This document shows, piece after piece, positions 1 to 25,093 of a stretch of DNA of 64,000 nucleotides. The position numbers and the translations under genes are program-made. The DNA is from Salpingoeca rosetta (Eukaryota > Protista > Choanoflagellata). Each line of letters opens with the position of its first letter. Position 1 is the stretch's first letter. The notes beneath the pieces were generated by a model. That model did no database searches, was not told where the DNA came from, and was given only the letters and a program-made list of their open reading frames with translations. Location of the stretch: contig JAWQFM010000031.1 of NCBI GenBank assembly GCA_033442325.1, positions 717,497-781,496 of the forward strand. Reading direction: 5' to 3'.

Positions 1-55
1 AGACATGTTCAGTGACGATGCCCTGCCTTACCTCATGCCCGCTGAATAGGGTCCA

Positions 56-106
<51 letters not shown>

Positions 107-206
107 NNNNNNNNNNNNNNNNNNNNNNNNNNNNNNNNNNNNNNNNNNNNNNNNNNNNNNNNNNNNNNNNNNNNNNNNNNNNNNNNNNNNNNNNNNNNNN
201 NNNNNN
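107..206. other. Assembly gap (100 N); probably stands in for ~1.1 kb equivalent to 2170-3260
   Basis: Run of N; flanks 1-106 match 2064-2169 and 207 onward matches 3261 onward. Confidence 0.95.
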
Positions 207-959
207 CCAGTTGGGCGAACGCGGGCACGTTCATCATCACGCCGCTAGCGCTGTTGAAGGGGAGGTGCAGAGTAGCGCACAGACTGTTGCTGCTGCTGGT
301 GGTTGTGGGTTTGGTGTTGGGATGGGCGTGGTGCATCACGTGTCGATGACGATGATGACGACGATGTCGGTGCGTGTGCGTGTGTGTGTGCGTGTGTGTC
401 TGTGTTGATGTTGAGAGGGGCGCGTGTCGTGTGCTCGCGACCACCAGCCCGGCCAACAGTCGCAGCACCCTTCCTCCTGTTCCCACCATGGCCATCGCTG
501 GCCTTGGAGGTGTGCACGGGCCCAGCAGCAGTGACGCGAACACTGGCGCCGAGCGGGTTGCTGCGCAGAGACTTTGTACGCTGCACGCGCATCGACTTGG
601 ACATGGCCTTGCGACCAGCACCACCAACACCTCCAGCACCACCACGGCCCATCGTTGCGGCCGACGACGTTGCTGTTGTTGACGATGATGCTGTTGAGGA
701 TGATGACGCCTTGCTGCCGAGTGCGAGGGCGCGTGCGCTCTTTACAGCGCGATTGAGCAGCTCGCACCACCGGTCCGCCTCCTGCAATGTGATGTGGGGT
801 GGGGTGGGGGAATGGGTGGTGTGAACATGTGTGGGCAATGGTGGTGGTGGTGGTGGTTGTGGTGGTTGCGGTTTGGGTTGGATTGGCACAGCAAGCAAAG
901 GCGCCCGCAGACAGACGGACAGACAGGCAGGCGGGCAGATAGGTGGAGAAGCAGACATC

Positions 960-1049
<90 letters not shown>

Positions 1050-1304
1050 CACCTGCTGGTTGTCGCATTGGAAGGTGTGCTGGCGCTTGGGTGTGTCAAC
1101 AACAAACGTCCCGCGTCCGTGTTTGACAATCTGTGTCTGTGCGCAGATGTTGATGTACCCGAGTGCGGGCTCGTTGTAGTACGTCTGCTTCTTGAAGTAC
1201 CTGATTATGGGGGAGGGGGGTGTTTGTGTGGTGTGGATGTTGAGTGAGGGGCAACATAGGACGGAACAATGTCAGGATGTGGATAACCGAGCAAAATCAG
1301 ACAG
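207..1304. repeat. Near-identical duplicate of 3261-4357 (3' part of the PTP-PH gene)
   Basis: Identical ORF translations at offset 3053; one 1-bp indel near 260; identity ends after AAAATCAGACAG (1304 / 4357). Confidence 0.95.
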
Positions 1305-1404
1305 CCAGGTAGACAGGTCGACAACAGGTAGACGGACAGGCAGACACACACACACACACACACACACAGACAAAGCAGACACACACACACACACAGACAA
1401 AGCA

Positions 1405-1497
<93 letters not shown>

Positions 1498-1605
1498 ATG
1501 CACGCCTCATGGACGCGAGGCTGATTAGAGTATCTCTCCCATCAGCTCCTCATTTATCATGGTGACGCCTGTTTTGTTGCATCACACGTTTCTGCGTTGC
1601 GTCAG

Positions 1606-1738
1606 ATGCTGTGCTTGAAGCAGTGCAATCTCATCGATGACAGAATGCTGTACGAATACAACAAGGTGCGCACACGGAGACGCAAGACAGCATCAAGCCA
1701 TGCTGTTCTTGCCACGCTTTCGTACCCACACCAACACG

Positions 1739-1771
<33 letters not shown>

Positions 1772-1837
1772 GCACACACACACACACACTCATGCACACA
1801 CACACACACACTCACGCAGACACACACACACACACAC

Positions 1838-1884
<47 letters not shown>

Positions 1885-1900
1885 GCACACACACTCGCGG

Positions 1901-1942
<42 letters not shown>

Positions 1943-2112
1943 GGGCGCGCCGAGAGCTGAGTATTATTGAGTTTTTTGAGCAGCGGGTGACGTCCGCGAG
2001 CGAGGAGCAGATGATTGAAGACAATCTTGGATACTTCACCATGAGCATTTTCGAAGACTTCCCAGACATGTTCAGTGACGATGACCTGCCTTACCTCATG
2101 CCCGCTGAATAG
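1606..2112 (+). CDS. 3'-terminal two exons (1606-1665, 1957-2112) of an unidentified protein; its last codons are duplicated at 1-49
   Basis: cag|ATG...AAG|gtgcg and ag|CTG...TAG splice in frame to MLCLKQCNLIDDRMLYEYNKLSIIEFFEQR...LPYLMPAE; non-repetitive coding-like sequence between CA tracts. Confidence 0.6.
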
Positions 2113-2118
2113 GGTCCA

Positions 2119-2330
<212 letters not shown>

Positions 2331-2919
2331 TGGGGTGGATGAGTGCGTTCGTTTGCATGCATGCGACCCTCGCATGTTCTTGTGGTGCCATGCTCCCCTC
2401 CTAAACTCTCCACGGTTCCTCCTCCTCCTCCTCCTCCTCCTCCTCCTCCTCTTCCACCACCTCCACCTCCTTCACGATTTTCTTCATCACAAAGGGGGTG
2501 AAACCATTTACACGAACGTAAACTATGAACCAATGAAACAAAACTGCAACAAGCAATGTGCGCGTGTACGTGCTCTCAACCAGCCAGTCAGTAACACGGT
2601 GAAAAGGGAAAAGCAACGACACTGGTGGTGTGACGCAGCGAGTGTCACGTCGCATCAAACAGCAACAACAGCAGCAACAGCTACAACTGGCAGAAGGCAC
2701 AGCCTGAAAACCATGACAACAACAACAACTTCCACAACAACTTCCACAACAACTTCCACAACAACAACAACAGCAACGACAACAACAAGAGCACCAACGG
2801 GAAAGGATGGTAACCAGCGAATGCAACCATTCATCATCTATCAAACTACCACAGCAACAACAAACCATCTCTTCACCACCACCACCAGCACCACCACCAG
2901 CACCACCAGCACCACTGGG

Positions 2920-4012
2920 TCACGTCTCTGAGATTGCGTTTGCTGGCGGCACTGACATCACCACGTCCTTCTTCTTCATCAGCGACATGCGATGACGCGC
3001 ACTCGCCTTCTTCGAACGGCGCTGTCCAGATGACGACAACGATGATGACGATGATGACGATGGTGGTGCCTTGGTTGTTGTCGTCGTCGTTGTTGCTGTT
3101 GTCGTCACATCAGCTGGTGCAGTTGGTGTGAGGCCCTCGAACCCGCGAGCCAGCGCCTCTTCCTCATCCTCCCAATCGCCGTCGCTGCCGTGGTCCGGGG
3201 CAGGTGCACCCACACCGGTTTGCATTCCCGTGTGCGTGTGCGTGTCAGCAGTCTCGCTGTCCAGTTGGGCGAACGCGGGCACGTTCATCATCACGCCGCT
3301 AGCGCTGTTGAAGGGAGGTGCAGAGTAGCGCACAGACTGTTGCTGCTGCTGGTGGTTGTGGGTTTGGTGTTGGGATGGGCGTGGTGCATCACGTGTCGAT
3401 GACGATGATGACGACGATGTCGGTGCGTGTGCGTGTGTGTGTGCGTGTGTGTCTGTGTTGATGTTGAGAGGGGCGCGTGTCGTGTGCTCGCGACCACCAG
3501 CCCGGCCAACAGTCGCAGCACCCTTCCTCCTGTTCCCACCATGGCCATCGCTGGCCTTGGAGGTGTGCACGGGCCCAGCAGCAGTGACGCGAACACTGGC
3601 GCCGAGCGGGTTGCTGCGCAGAGACTTTGTACGCTGCACGCGCATCGACTTGGACATGGCCTTGCGACCAGCACCACCAACACCTCCAGCACCACCACGG
3701 CCCATCGTTGCGGCCGACGACGTTGCTGTTGTTGACGATGATGCTGTTGAGGATGATGACGCCTTGCTGCCGAGTGCGAGGGCGCGTGCGCTCTTTACAG
3801 CGCGATTGAGCAGCTCGCACCACCGGTCCGCCTCCTGCAATGTGATGTGGGGTGGGGTGGGGGAATGGGTGGTGTGAACATGTGTGGGCAATGGTGGTGG
3901 TGGTGGTGGTTGTGGTGGTTGCGGTTTGGGTTGGATTGGCACAGCAAGCAAAGGCGCCCGCAGACAGACGGACAGACAGGCAGGCGGGCAGATAGGTGGA
4001 GAAGCAGACATC

Positions 4013-4102
<90 letters not shown>

Positions 4103-4481
4103 CACCTGCTGGTTGTCGCATTGGAAGGTGTGCTGGCGCTTGGGTGTGTCAACAACAAACGTCCCGCGTCCGTGTTTGACAATCTGTGTCTGTGCGCAGA
4201 TGTTGATGTACCCGAGTGCGGGCTCGTTGTAGTACGTCTGCTTCTTGAAGTACCTGATTATGGGGGAGGGGGGTGTTTGTGTGGTGTGGATGTTGAGTGA
4301 GGGGCAACATAGGACGGAACAATGTCAGGATGTGGATAACCGAGCAAAATCAGACAGTCTCAATCGCCCCGCTCGCCTGTTGCTGTTGGCGATGGTGACG
4401 TCGTGGTGGCGGTGGTGGTGGTGACAGTGAGAGTTTGGGGAGGGGGGGCAATGTGCTTTCATCACACGCACACGCACACAC

Positions 4482-4551
<70 letters not shown>

Positions 4552-4950
4552 GCATGTTATATGCACGTGTGAAGTACCCTGTGGATTTGGAGGCGGGAGA
4601 TGGTGTAGTGGTGTCTGTTCATGACCTCCTCCGACAGGCAGTGGACGGTGATGTTGTCGAACAGCAGCGCTGCGCCGGGCGTTGGCCAATACCGCACGCA
4701 GTGCACATCATCCTGCCGGCGGCGGTGGTGGTGGTGGTAATGATGGTGAGGTGGTGGTGGTGGTGGTCATGGTGGTGATGGGGGTGGTGGTGGTCATGGT
4801 GAGTTAAGGTCGGCTAAAAGTGCGATTGCTTGCGTTCACATAAGCACACTTGTACACGCACGCACACACATACAGACACACACAGACAGAGAGAGAGACA
4901 CACACACACAGACACACACACACACACACACACAGACACACAGACAGACA

Positions 4951-4996
<46 letters not shown>

Positions 4997-5321
4997 GATA
5001 GAGCACGCGACTGACCCCGTGATAGAGGTCTGTTGCCATGACGATGGAAGCGACGTGCGCATCCCACACGAGGCGCCAGAAGGAGTGCACAGTCGACGGC
5101 ATTGGGCTGAGCAGCGGAAATGGAATGAATGGTAAGTTGTAGGTGAGGGGCGAAGATGTGGAGATGAAGATGAGAATGAATCGCTACGTTTGGGCAGCAA
5201 ACATAGATACAGAGATAGAGAGAGACACACACAGTCACAGTCACACGCACACAGACACAGACACACACACATACACACACACGCACAGACAGACAGACAG
5301 ACACAGACACAGACGCACACA

Positions 5322-5355
<34 letters not shown>

Positions 5356-5796
5356 GAGACACAGACAGACAACCCCTTCATGTGCGCCGGCGGTGTACTC
5401 ACGACATGGCTGCGATGTATTCGAAGCGCTTGCTGTTTGGGCCGCGGATGTAGTTGGCGTTGTAGTACGTGCCAACAGGGTTGTTGTCGATCACGCGCAG
5501 GCCAACACGCGTGTCGGCGTTGGGGAGGATGTTCGGATACCTAATGGGGGTTGGTGTGATTGATATGAGGTGGGGGGCATGTGAGATGATGCAGCTTTGT
5601 CACAGAACAGATCGTGTGGCTGTGATAGTGAATAAGGATGCAACAGCACACACAGACACACACACGTACATACAGACACACGCAGACAGACAGATAAACA
5701 CACACAGACACACAGACACACAGACACACACACACACAGACACACACATACATACACACACACAGACACACAGACACACAGACACACGCATACATG

Positions 5797-5827
<31 letters not shown>

Positions 5828-6216
5828 ACAACACACCGGTTAAAGAGCTTGTTGCGCACAGCCTCTGGAAGAGTGCTGGTCTTCGGGTCCGGATTGCCAA
5901 TATGGAGGAACGACTCTGGATCAAATGGCGCCACCGTCCACGTCGATGGTGTAGCGGGTGAAATGGGCGCAGAGCCGCCATGTTGTTGTTGCTGTTGCTG
6001 CTGGGTGGATGGCGCAAGATCAAGAGACGGAAGAGGTGCGGGCGGGCGCTCCTTGGCCGGCAGCGACGGGGCATCGGAGTCGGTGCTGATGAACCCGTCC
6101 TCCATGACCAACATGCTGGCGCGCGCAGACTTTGGCGGGATGGCGGGAGTGTCGCCATCCGTTTCCGCATGCTCGTCACCACCGGGGGCAATGGGCAGGT
6201 ACGGCTCAGGCGTATG

Positions 6217-6260
<44 letters not shown>

Positions 6261-6396
6261 GGTCATCATCATCGTTGTCTGCGGAAAACGGGTTCACATT
6301 CTTCTCCACTGCCAAGGCGTCGTCTTGTGGCTGTTCATCCATTTCAGCCTCGTCGCCACTGATGTCCTGGTACTCGTTGCCTGTTGTCGCCATCAT
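2920..6396 (-). CDS. Non-receptor protein tyrosine phosphatase-like gene: acidic/proline-rich N-terminus, N-terminal half of a PTP domain, partial PH domain, low-complexity tail; catalytic half missing (possible pseudogene or misassembly)
   Basis: Spliced exons give NR|[24 protein letters not shown]|[19 protein letters not shown]|..CVRYWP (classical PTP motifs); downstream exons [38 protein letters not shown] are PH-like; no WPD or HCxxGxGR motif found. Confidence 0.75.
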
Positions 6397-6925
6397 CACT
6401 CAATTGTTGGTGATGTGATGTATGGCCTATACGAGCGGTGTTGTTGGTGTGTGTCACTCGTGTGTCGATCGTTGCCTGCTGGCTTGCTCGAGTTGTGTTC
6501 GGGTGTGAACACCTGGCCTACAAAGGCAGCAAAACGCAAACAATGGTTTGGAGCGCACGCGGTGCACAGTGCACAATACACAGTGCGACTAGGCAAGGCC
6601 ACTCGTGTGGTCGCTTGCTTGTGTGTTGCTGTGTCTTGGTCGGTTGGCTTCCAAACCCCCCGTGTATTCCTTGCAGACACCAAACGCTGCCAGGTGACAG
6701 AGAGAGAGAGAGAGAGCCAGGGAGAGACAGGCAGGGTGCACTGAGAGGGCAAGCAAGGCACGCAAGGGGTGGGTACAGGCGGCGTGCTTTGTTGTCGTGC
6801 TGGATGCGCTCCTGTTGCTGCTTGTTGTTTGTTTTGTGTTGTTTTGTGTTGCGGTGAATGGCCGCCGTCAAATTTGACAGCAAAACGCGTCAACTTTGAC
6901 AGGTGGAAGAAGTGGTGATGACTCA

Positions 6926-10441
<3,516 letters not shown>

Positions 10442-10620
10442 CTCCGTAATCGTCCTTGAAGGTCCTTGATAGTCCTAACACTCGTCACGGCCCGGAATTG
10501 ATTTTCGTTGTTTTGGTGGTGAATGGAGATCGCACCCAGCACCCCACGCACCCTGGACGACCTGCCCTCGCTTCCTCACATCCCTCACATCAAATCACCT
10601 CTCTCACACGTGACCGCGCT
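10442..10620. promoter_or_regulatory. Putative compact bidirectional promoter between head-to-head ADAL and PQ-loop genes
   Basis: Divergent ATGs ~180 bp apart; microsatellite-free spacer. Confidence 0.5.
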
Positions 10621-12359
<1,739 letters not shown>

Positions 12360-12879
12360 CACGCGGCAGTGGTGGTCGTGATGGTGATGGTGGTGTAAAG
12401 GCGACTGGGGGGTTAGGCAACCAGAAACCGGACAATGAGACGCCGCATTCGCTTGCGGTGTTGTACATCACACGATGCGTGCATGGATTGACATGATATG
12501 TTGGGGTAGCAGTCGCGTTGCATGTCAATGTGTTTCTTTCCGCGTGCTGTACACAGCATGGTGATGGTCTGGCTTGAGCTTGGGGTGATGCTTTTATTGC
12601 TGTCAAAGGGCAGACAGGTTGAAAACAACGACACGAACAGCACAACCAACACAACTGACAGTGGGTGTGGGAGGGGACAGACAAGGCACGACAACACTTG
12701 AAAAGGGTTATTTGCAAACACACAAACACACACACTCACACAAACACACACATACCCTTTTGAATACAACAAGAAGATGCGGCTCAGCACACAAGAACGC
12801 AACGCTCGTTCAAAACAGTACAAGCACGACTCCACTCAATACGTGACACAAGTTCTCCAACATGAACGGTGACGGGTGG

Positions 12880-13513
12880 TCACTGGAAGAAGGACGGGAA
12901 CTTGGGCACCTCCTCTCCCCGAGCAACGGCGCGCTTCTTCTGCTCACGAGGGTGATATGGAGGGGGAGGGGGTTGCAACAACGTGCAGGCGAGGCGAGGT
13001 GAGACGCGTGTGAGGTGACGTGGTGCGGAAACGCGAGATATGGAAGAGAATGACGGCAACAACCAACGCAAGTGAACATACATAACGATTACAACTCAAC
13101 CAGCACAAACGCAAACACAAAGGCGTACACATGCGAATGCAAGTAATCACAACATTCCGCATACGCAAGCACACGAACACACAAACACACACACGCACAC
13201 AAACACACACACGCACACAAACACACACACGCACGCAAACACACACACACATGCAAACACACACACACACAACAAACACACACATGCAAACACACACACA
13301 CACACAACACAACAAACACGCACAACAACAACAACAACAACAACAAACACGCACCATCTCAGAGATGGCGCCCTCGTAGATGATGAGAGGCACAACCAAA
13401 CCCCACAAGAACCCCTGTCGTGCCGTCTTGGGTGTGATGCGGAAGTGCCGCACGGTTGTCTCGCGCATGGCACCCCATCGCTCAATCGCTGGATCAACCT
13501 TCAACCCGCCCAT
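12880..13513 (-). CDS. NDUFB4: Complex I accessory subunit NDUFB4 (B15)-like, 2 exons
   Basis: MGGLKVDPAIERWGAMRE..HFRITPKTA followed by a single TM (GFLWGLVVPLIIY); spliced to KKRAVARGEEVPKFPSFFQ*. Confidence 0.72.
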
Positions 13514-13787
13514 CTTCGTCCGTGTGCTTGTGCTCGTGTGTGTGTGTGTGCTTTCTTCTTGCTTGTCTCTCGTATCCGCTGCTGCTGCGTTGTTTTCGCG
13601 AGTGTGGAAAATTTGTTGGAAACATTCTCTTATTTTCTACAACCAATACGACAGCCACACAACCTGTTGCTGTTGACTGGAGGAAGGAGCAGCATTCACT
13701 GTCATCACCACCACCACCGCCAGCAATCATCACAGCAGCGACGACGACAAGCAGCGACCGGACGTTGGACGTGTGAAAACAAACAAG
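13514..13787. promoter_or_regulatory. Putative bidirectional promoter between the NDUFB4-like and ependymin-like genes
   Basis: Divergent ATGs ~275 bp apart. Confidence 0.4.
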
Positions 13788-14601
13788 ATGGCAGGAACTG
13801 GTGTGGGTGCGGCTACAGCAGCACTGGCGCTCATGTGTGTTGTACTGGCAACACCCTCAGCGGCGGCAGCGCACGTTTTGGATCTGCACGCACTCCAGCG
13901 CGCGACGAACATGAAAATTGTGCGCCTCTCGGATGGCTCCGAGGCAGTAGCTGATCCGAAGAAGCCGCAGGTCCCACCCCGTTTTCAATCGTCCATCATG
14001 GCCATCGCCAATGACTTTCCAGAGGGCGAGGGCCTCTTCTTCTACGACCTCGAAAACAAGGTGTTGTTGTTATTGGTCATTGTTGTGTGCGTGCGTGTGT
14101 GTGTGTGTGTGTTTTGGATTCTGTGTGTGCAGTATCCGTCTGTGAATATCTTTCGCTCACACATGCCTTCCTTGTGTCATTGCAGAACGCCATGTACAAC
14201 ACATCGCGACTGGAGCCCATCACCAGCTACACGCTCAACACCAGCTTCTACTACCTGCCGGTGCGTTTTCGTACATGCATGTGTGTGTGTGTGCACGTAC
14301 ATGTGTGTGTGTGCACGTACATGTGTGTGTGTGTGCACGTGCATGCATGTGTGTATGTGTTTACATGAGCGTGCACTTGCTCCTTTTCTGGCTCCCTTTC
14401 TATGTTACTGCTACGCCAGTGGAGCCAACCACGATGACGATGGTGACACTGTGCTCATTGACGCCACCACTGCACCCATGTTCTTTGGCCACCAGGATGT
14501 CATGTACTACGTCGCCAACGACGTGTGCAAGCCCATCCGAGACGGCACCTTCTACGACATGTTCGACTGGGTCAGGTCCTCCAAAACAAAGTACCAAGGT
14601 T

Positions 14602-14643
<42 letters not shown>

Positions 14644-14933
14644 GTCTGTGTGTGTGTGTGTGGATGCAGCTGAACAGGCATGTGCGCTGTTGTTGCACAC
14701 CCCCAACGGCTTCGTCTTTCCCCATTCCACTGCGTTTATCCGTGCTTGCAGGCAAGCTCCAGATTGACGGGCGCACGTGCGACCAGTGGCTGTTTGTTGC
14801 GCCCACGGCCACCCTCACCATGTGCACCGACGGCAACACCCCCGTCCTCCAGTCCGTCTACTCCGACTCCACAAAGACCGTTCGTTTGTCTGCCATTGTG
14901 TGTGTGTGTGTATGTGTGTGTGTGTACATGCGT

Positions 14934-14985
<52 letters not shown>

Positions 14986-15172
14986 TTGGTCACTAAAGGT
15001 CCCACTCGTGTGGATTTTCCGGCTCGTGAGCCTGCAGTTCCGATGTGGGTTACCATTTCTCGAACGCTCAAGGACCATTGGGTTTTGGGTCAGGATACGC
15101 CGTATACTTACCGAAGTTAGGGGAAGTAACCCAACTAGGTGTACAATTTTCGCTGCGGCGTGTTGCGGTACG

Positions 15173-15251
<79 letters not shown>

Positions 15252-15543
15252 CTGTGTGTGCCTGTGTGTGTGTGTGTGTACTTGTGTATCTATGAATGCG
15301 TGTGTACTGTATTCCTTTCCAACCTCAGACTCACCGGGTTTCACCCCCTTGCAACTCACACAACACGTGTTCTTTGCTTCCAACAGTCGCAGTCGTTTGT
15401 GTTTCACAAAGACTTTGCACCCCACCCGGACCCCTTTGACAAGAGCATCTTTGACCCTCCACACGAGTGCAACGTGCGACAACGCGACTGTGCAGTGTGA
15501 AGTTGCTCACTGCGTGTGCATGTGTGTGTGTGTGTGCAGAAAA

Positions 15544-15574
<31 letters not shown>

Positions 15575-16809
15575 TGTGTGTGTGTGTGTGTGAGTGCGTG
15601 CACACACACGAAGCCTTCCAATACACATGCGCGCCCCGTTTACACCACCACCACCACCACTGGTTGGTCATCAGGAGACGCCCGAGGTGTGCCCCGGCCC
15701 CGAGGAGGTCGAGACGCTGGACGCGTACATCTTCCACCCAAAGAACACAACCGGCGACATTGTCAACCAGGTGCGTGTGTGCACGTGCGTGAGAGAGAGT
15801 GTGTGTGTGCATGCGTGTTTGTGTGTGTGTTTGTGTGTGTATGTTTGTGTGTGTGTTTCCTTGTCAATTATGCTCTTCATGCTGTGCTGTGCACATATGT
15901 GTTGTGTCCTGTCAAGTGACGAAGCAGAGCCTCTCACGCCGTTGCTCCCCACACTCTGTAACCTCGCCCCCTCCCTTGAACCCGTGCACCTGTCTGCAGG
16001 ATGTGGCTGACCTGCTTGGCGATGTTGTGTTCATCTGCACAGATGCCCTGAGCAACCACACCAGCCAGGACCAGTACGAGTACGTGTCCCACTACAAGAT
16101 CGACGTCGTCAACAAGTGGGGCCAGTACGAGGTGCGCTATTCATCGTGCTGTATGTGTGTGCGTGTTTGTGGTCGTGCGTGTGTGTGTGTGTGCGTATGT
16201 GTGTGTGTGTGTGTGTGTGTGCACATGTGTGTGTGTGTGCGTATGTTTGTTTGGCGTTTGCCTCAACCCCTCCTTGTCCATGCTTCTCGTGTTAATTTTT
16301 AATCATCACTGTGAACTGCACCTTTGACGCATCTATCATCTCTATCTCCTCTCCACCACCAAGTCCTCCACTGACCTCCCCCCCCCCACACACACACACA
16401 CACCACCACCACCACCACCGCTATCACCATCACGTCATGGCAGCAATGCAACGGGTACCCTGGCGCGTGCATCGGGGACCAGCTCCCGCCCGTGGGGCGT
16501 GAGGCGTCCTTTGGCATCAAGACACGCGGCGGGCAGTGTACCAACAACACTGACGTCGGCTCGTGGTTCTCGCTGCCGGAGTCTGGGCTGTGTCCACCGG
16601 GGGAGAAGCTCAGCCTGGCCAACAACTGCACGTGGCGCATCAACACGCGCGTGAAGACGATTGACGGCAAGTGCCTGCTGAAGGACCAGGGCATGTTGCA
16701 GTCGTGCGTGAAGGAGGCGCACGTGCCGTTCCCGCGCACAACAGAGATCCTCGTCAAGGCGTTTAAGCACGACGACAAGAAGAAGGGCGGATGCCCCAAC
16801 GTCATCTGA
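13788..16809 (+). CDS. Secreted protein: signal peptide, ependymin-related (EPDR)-like domain, C-terminal Cys-rich domain of unknown family
   Basis: Hydrophobic leader ending AAAA; EPDR-like pattern P.F...G.FFYDLENK..., YQG...IDGRTCDQW, D..TPV, FD.SIFDPP..C; exons splice in frame to TGA at 16807-16809. Confidence 0.7.
14984..15177 (+). ncRNA. 194-bp high-complexity insert cleanly interrupting an intronic (TG)n; candidate structured RNA or MITE-like element
   Basis: (TG)n phase continues across the insert; imperfect terminal pairing CCTTGGTC/GACTAGG; several internal hairpins and an 8-bp long-range stem. Confidence 0.45.
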
Positions 16810-17411
16810 TGTGACGCGGTGTGACGTGGTGTGACGTGATGTGATCGCACACGCTTGGCCCATGTTGCTTCTGGAAGGAATGTTGTCTGTTTTGATGTGG
16901 TTGTGTGGGATAGCCGTTGGCGTTGATGCGTCGTATGCCTGTGTGCTTGCTTGTATGTGTGGCCTGTTCTTCTGTGTCGCTGGCTGTTGGTAGTGCAATC
17001 AATTAGCTTTCGTGTTCTGTATGAATGCATGTGATGCGCGTGTGTCTGTGTGTGTGTGTGTGTGTGTGTGTTGCTTTTCTGATGGATGGTAGTCGAACCG
17101 ACCACATGGTGTTAACCGAATGAGAGCAGCAGCTTGGCATGAAATGTGTGTGTGTGTGTGTGTGTGAGAGTGTGTGTGCGTGTGTGTGCGTGGCATGGCA
17201 CGACAGCACCACACAGCAGCCACAACAGCAACTTCAACCAACCAAACACCAAACAACAACAACAGCCAGCAACAACCGATATTATTCCCTGAAGATATAC
17301 GCAAATTGTCCGCACTTCCGTCCATCTCAACGAACAACAACGACGAACAACACCAACCGCTTGCTTTGCGTCTCCCCTTCCATCCCCCCCCCCCTTCCCG
17401 CGACTGCAGGG

Positions 17412-24055
<6,644 letters not shown>

Positions 24056-25093
24056 CGACGCGATTCGCTGTGCGTGTTCGTGTTCGTGTGTGTGCGTGTG
24101 TGTGTGTGTGTTCATTGCTTGCATGCTGTTGTTGTGCCTGGAGCTCTTTGTGCATTACACGTGTGTTACTTTCTCGACATCTTTACGTGCTGTGTGGCAT
24201 TGACGTTTATGAACCAATGCAGTCATCATGAACTCTTCAGCATCAACTGAAAACAGAAAAAAAAAACAAAACACATATCGTGGACAGAAGAACACACAGT
24301 ATGTTCGAGGGAGAAGAAACAAGAGAAAACAAACGAACCAATCGCATCTGCACCAACATTTTTGTTCCCCTAGCGCCATGGTGAAGACCAGCCCAACACA
24401 GCACAAATGAGGGAAAAGACAGCACAATGCGACTACAACTTCAGACAAAATTTGGCGAGACACGCGTCAAACACAAGCACAGCGACTTGAAATGCACAAA
24501 CACAAAGAAAAGGCCCAAAGCAAAATGTGATGACAAGTGACAACGGGGATATCGATGAACCATGCATGCAAAGAACGAAGAACAACAGCAAGCGGCTCTG
24601 GCCGCCTCCAAAGGTGAAGAGGAGAGGAGAAAATGAGGAATGAAGAGGAAGGTGAGGAGTTGACGGCACGTAAGGAGCGACAGTTGACATGAGATGAGAT
24701 GAAAAAGCGAAGACAAACAAACACAAAGGATGAGCAGTAACATGCGTATGTACCACAATACCATCACATGAACTCTATAGACACGGGTAAACAAAATAAG
24801 CACCGCATCAGTTGCGTTCGGTTAACGAAGCACAAACACACGCACGCGAGCGAGAGTGTAACGAACGAAAGCAAAGCATTGAAAAAAATACGAGACGATG
24901 CCGTGGCAGCAGCCACCCTACAGACACTGACAAAGAGAGAAGAAAACAACAAAACCTTCAAACTCAACTGAAACCAACGAGGCTATTTCATACACACATA
25001 GAAAGGACAAGCATAGAGCGTGCGATGGCACAGACGATGTCCATCAGACGTGTTGGCCACAGCAGCAGCACCAGTGCAGCGCCAACGCGTCCT

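Noticed and set aside
4340-4378. Selenocysteine or readthrough at the in-frame TGA of the PTP exon
   Set aside because: The stop coincides with the duplication/deletion breakpoint; a rearrangement is the simpler explanation
14983-15177. Helitron reading of the insert (5'-TC ... CTAG-3')
   Set aside because: Flanks are G and G rather than the A|T target, the T fits the host (TG)n, and the subterminal hairpin is weak
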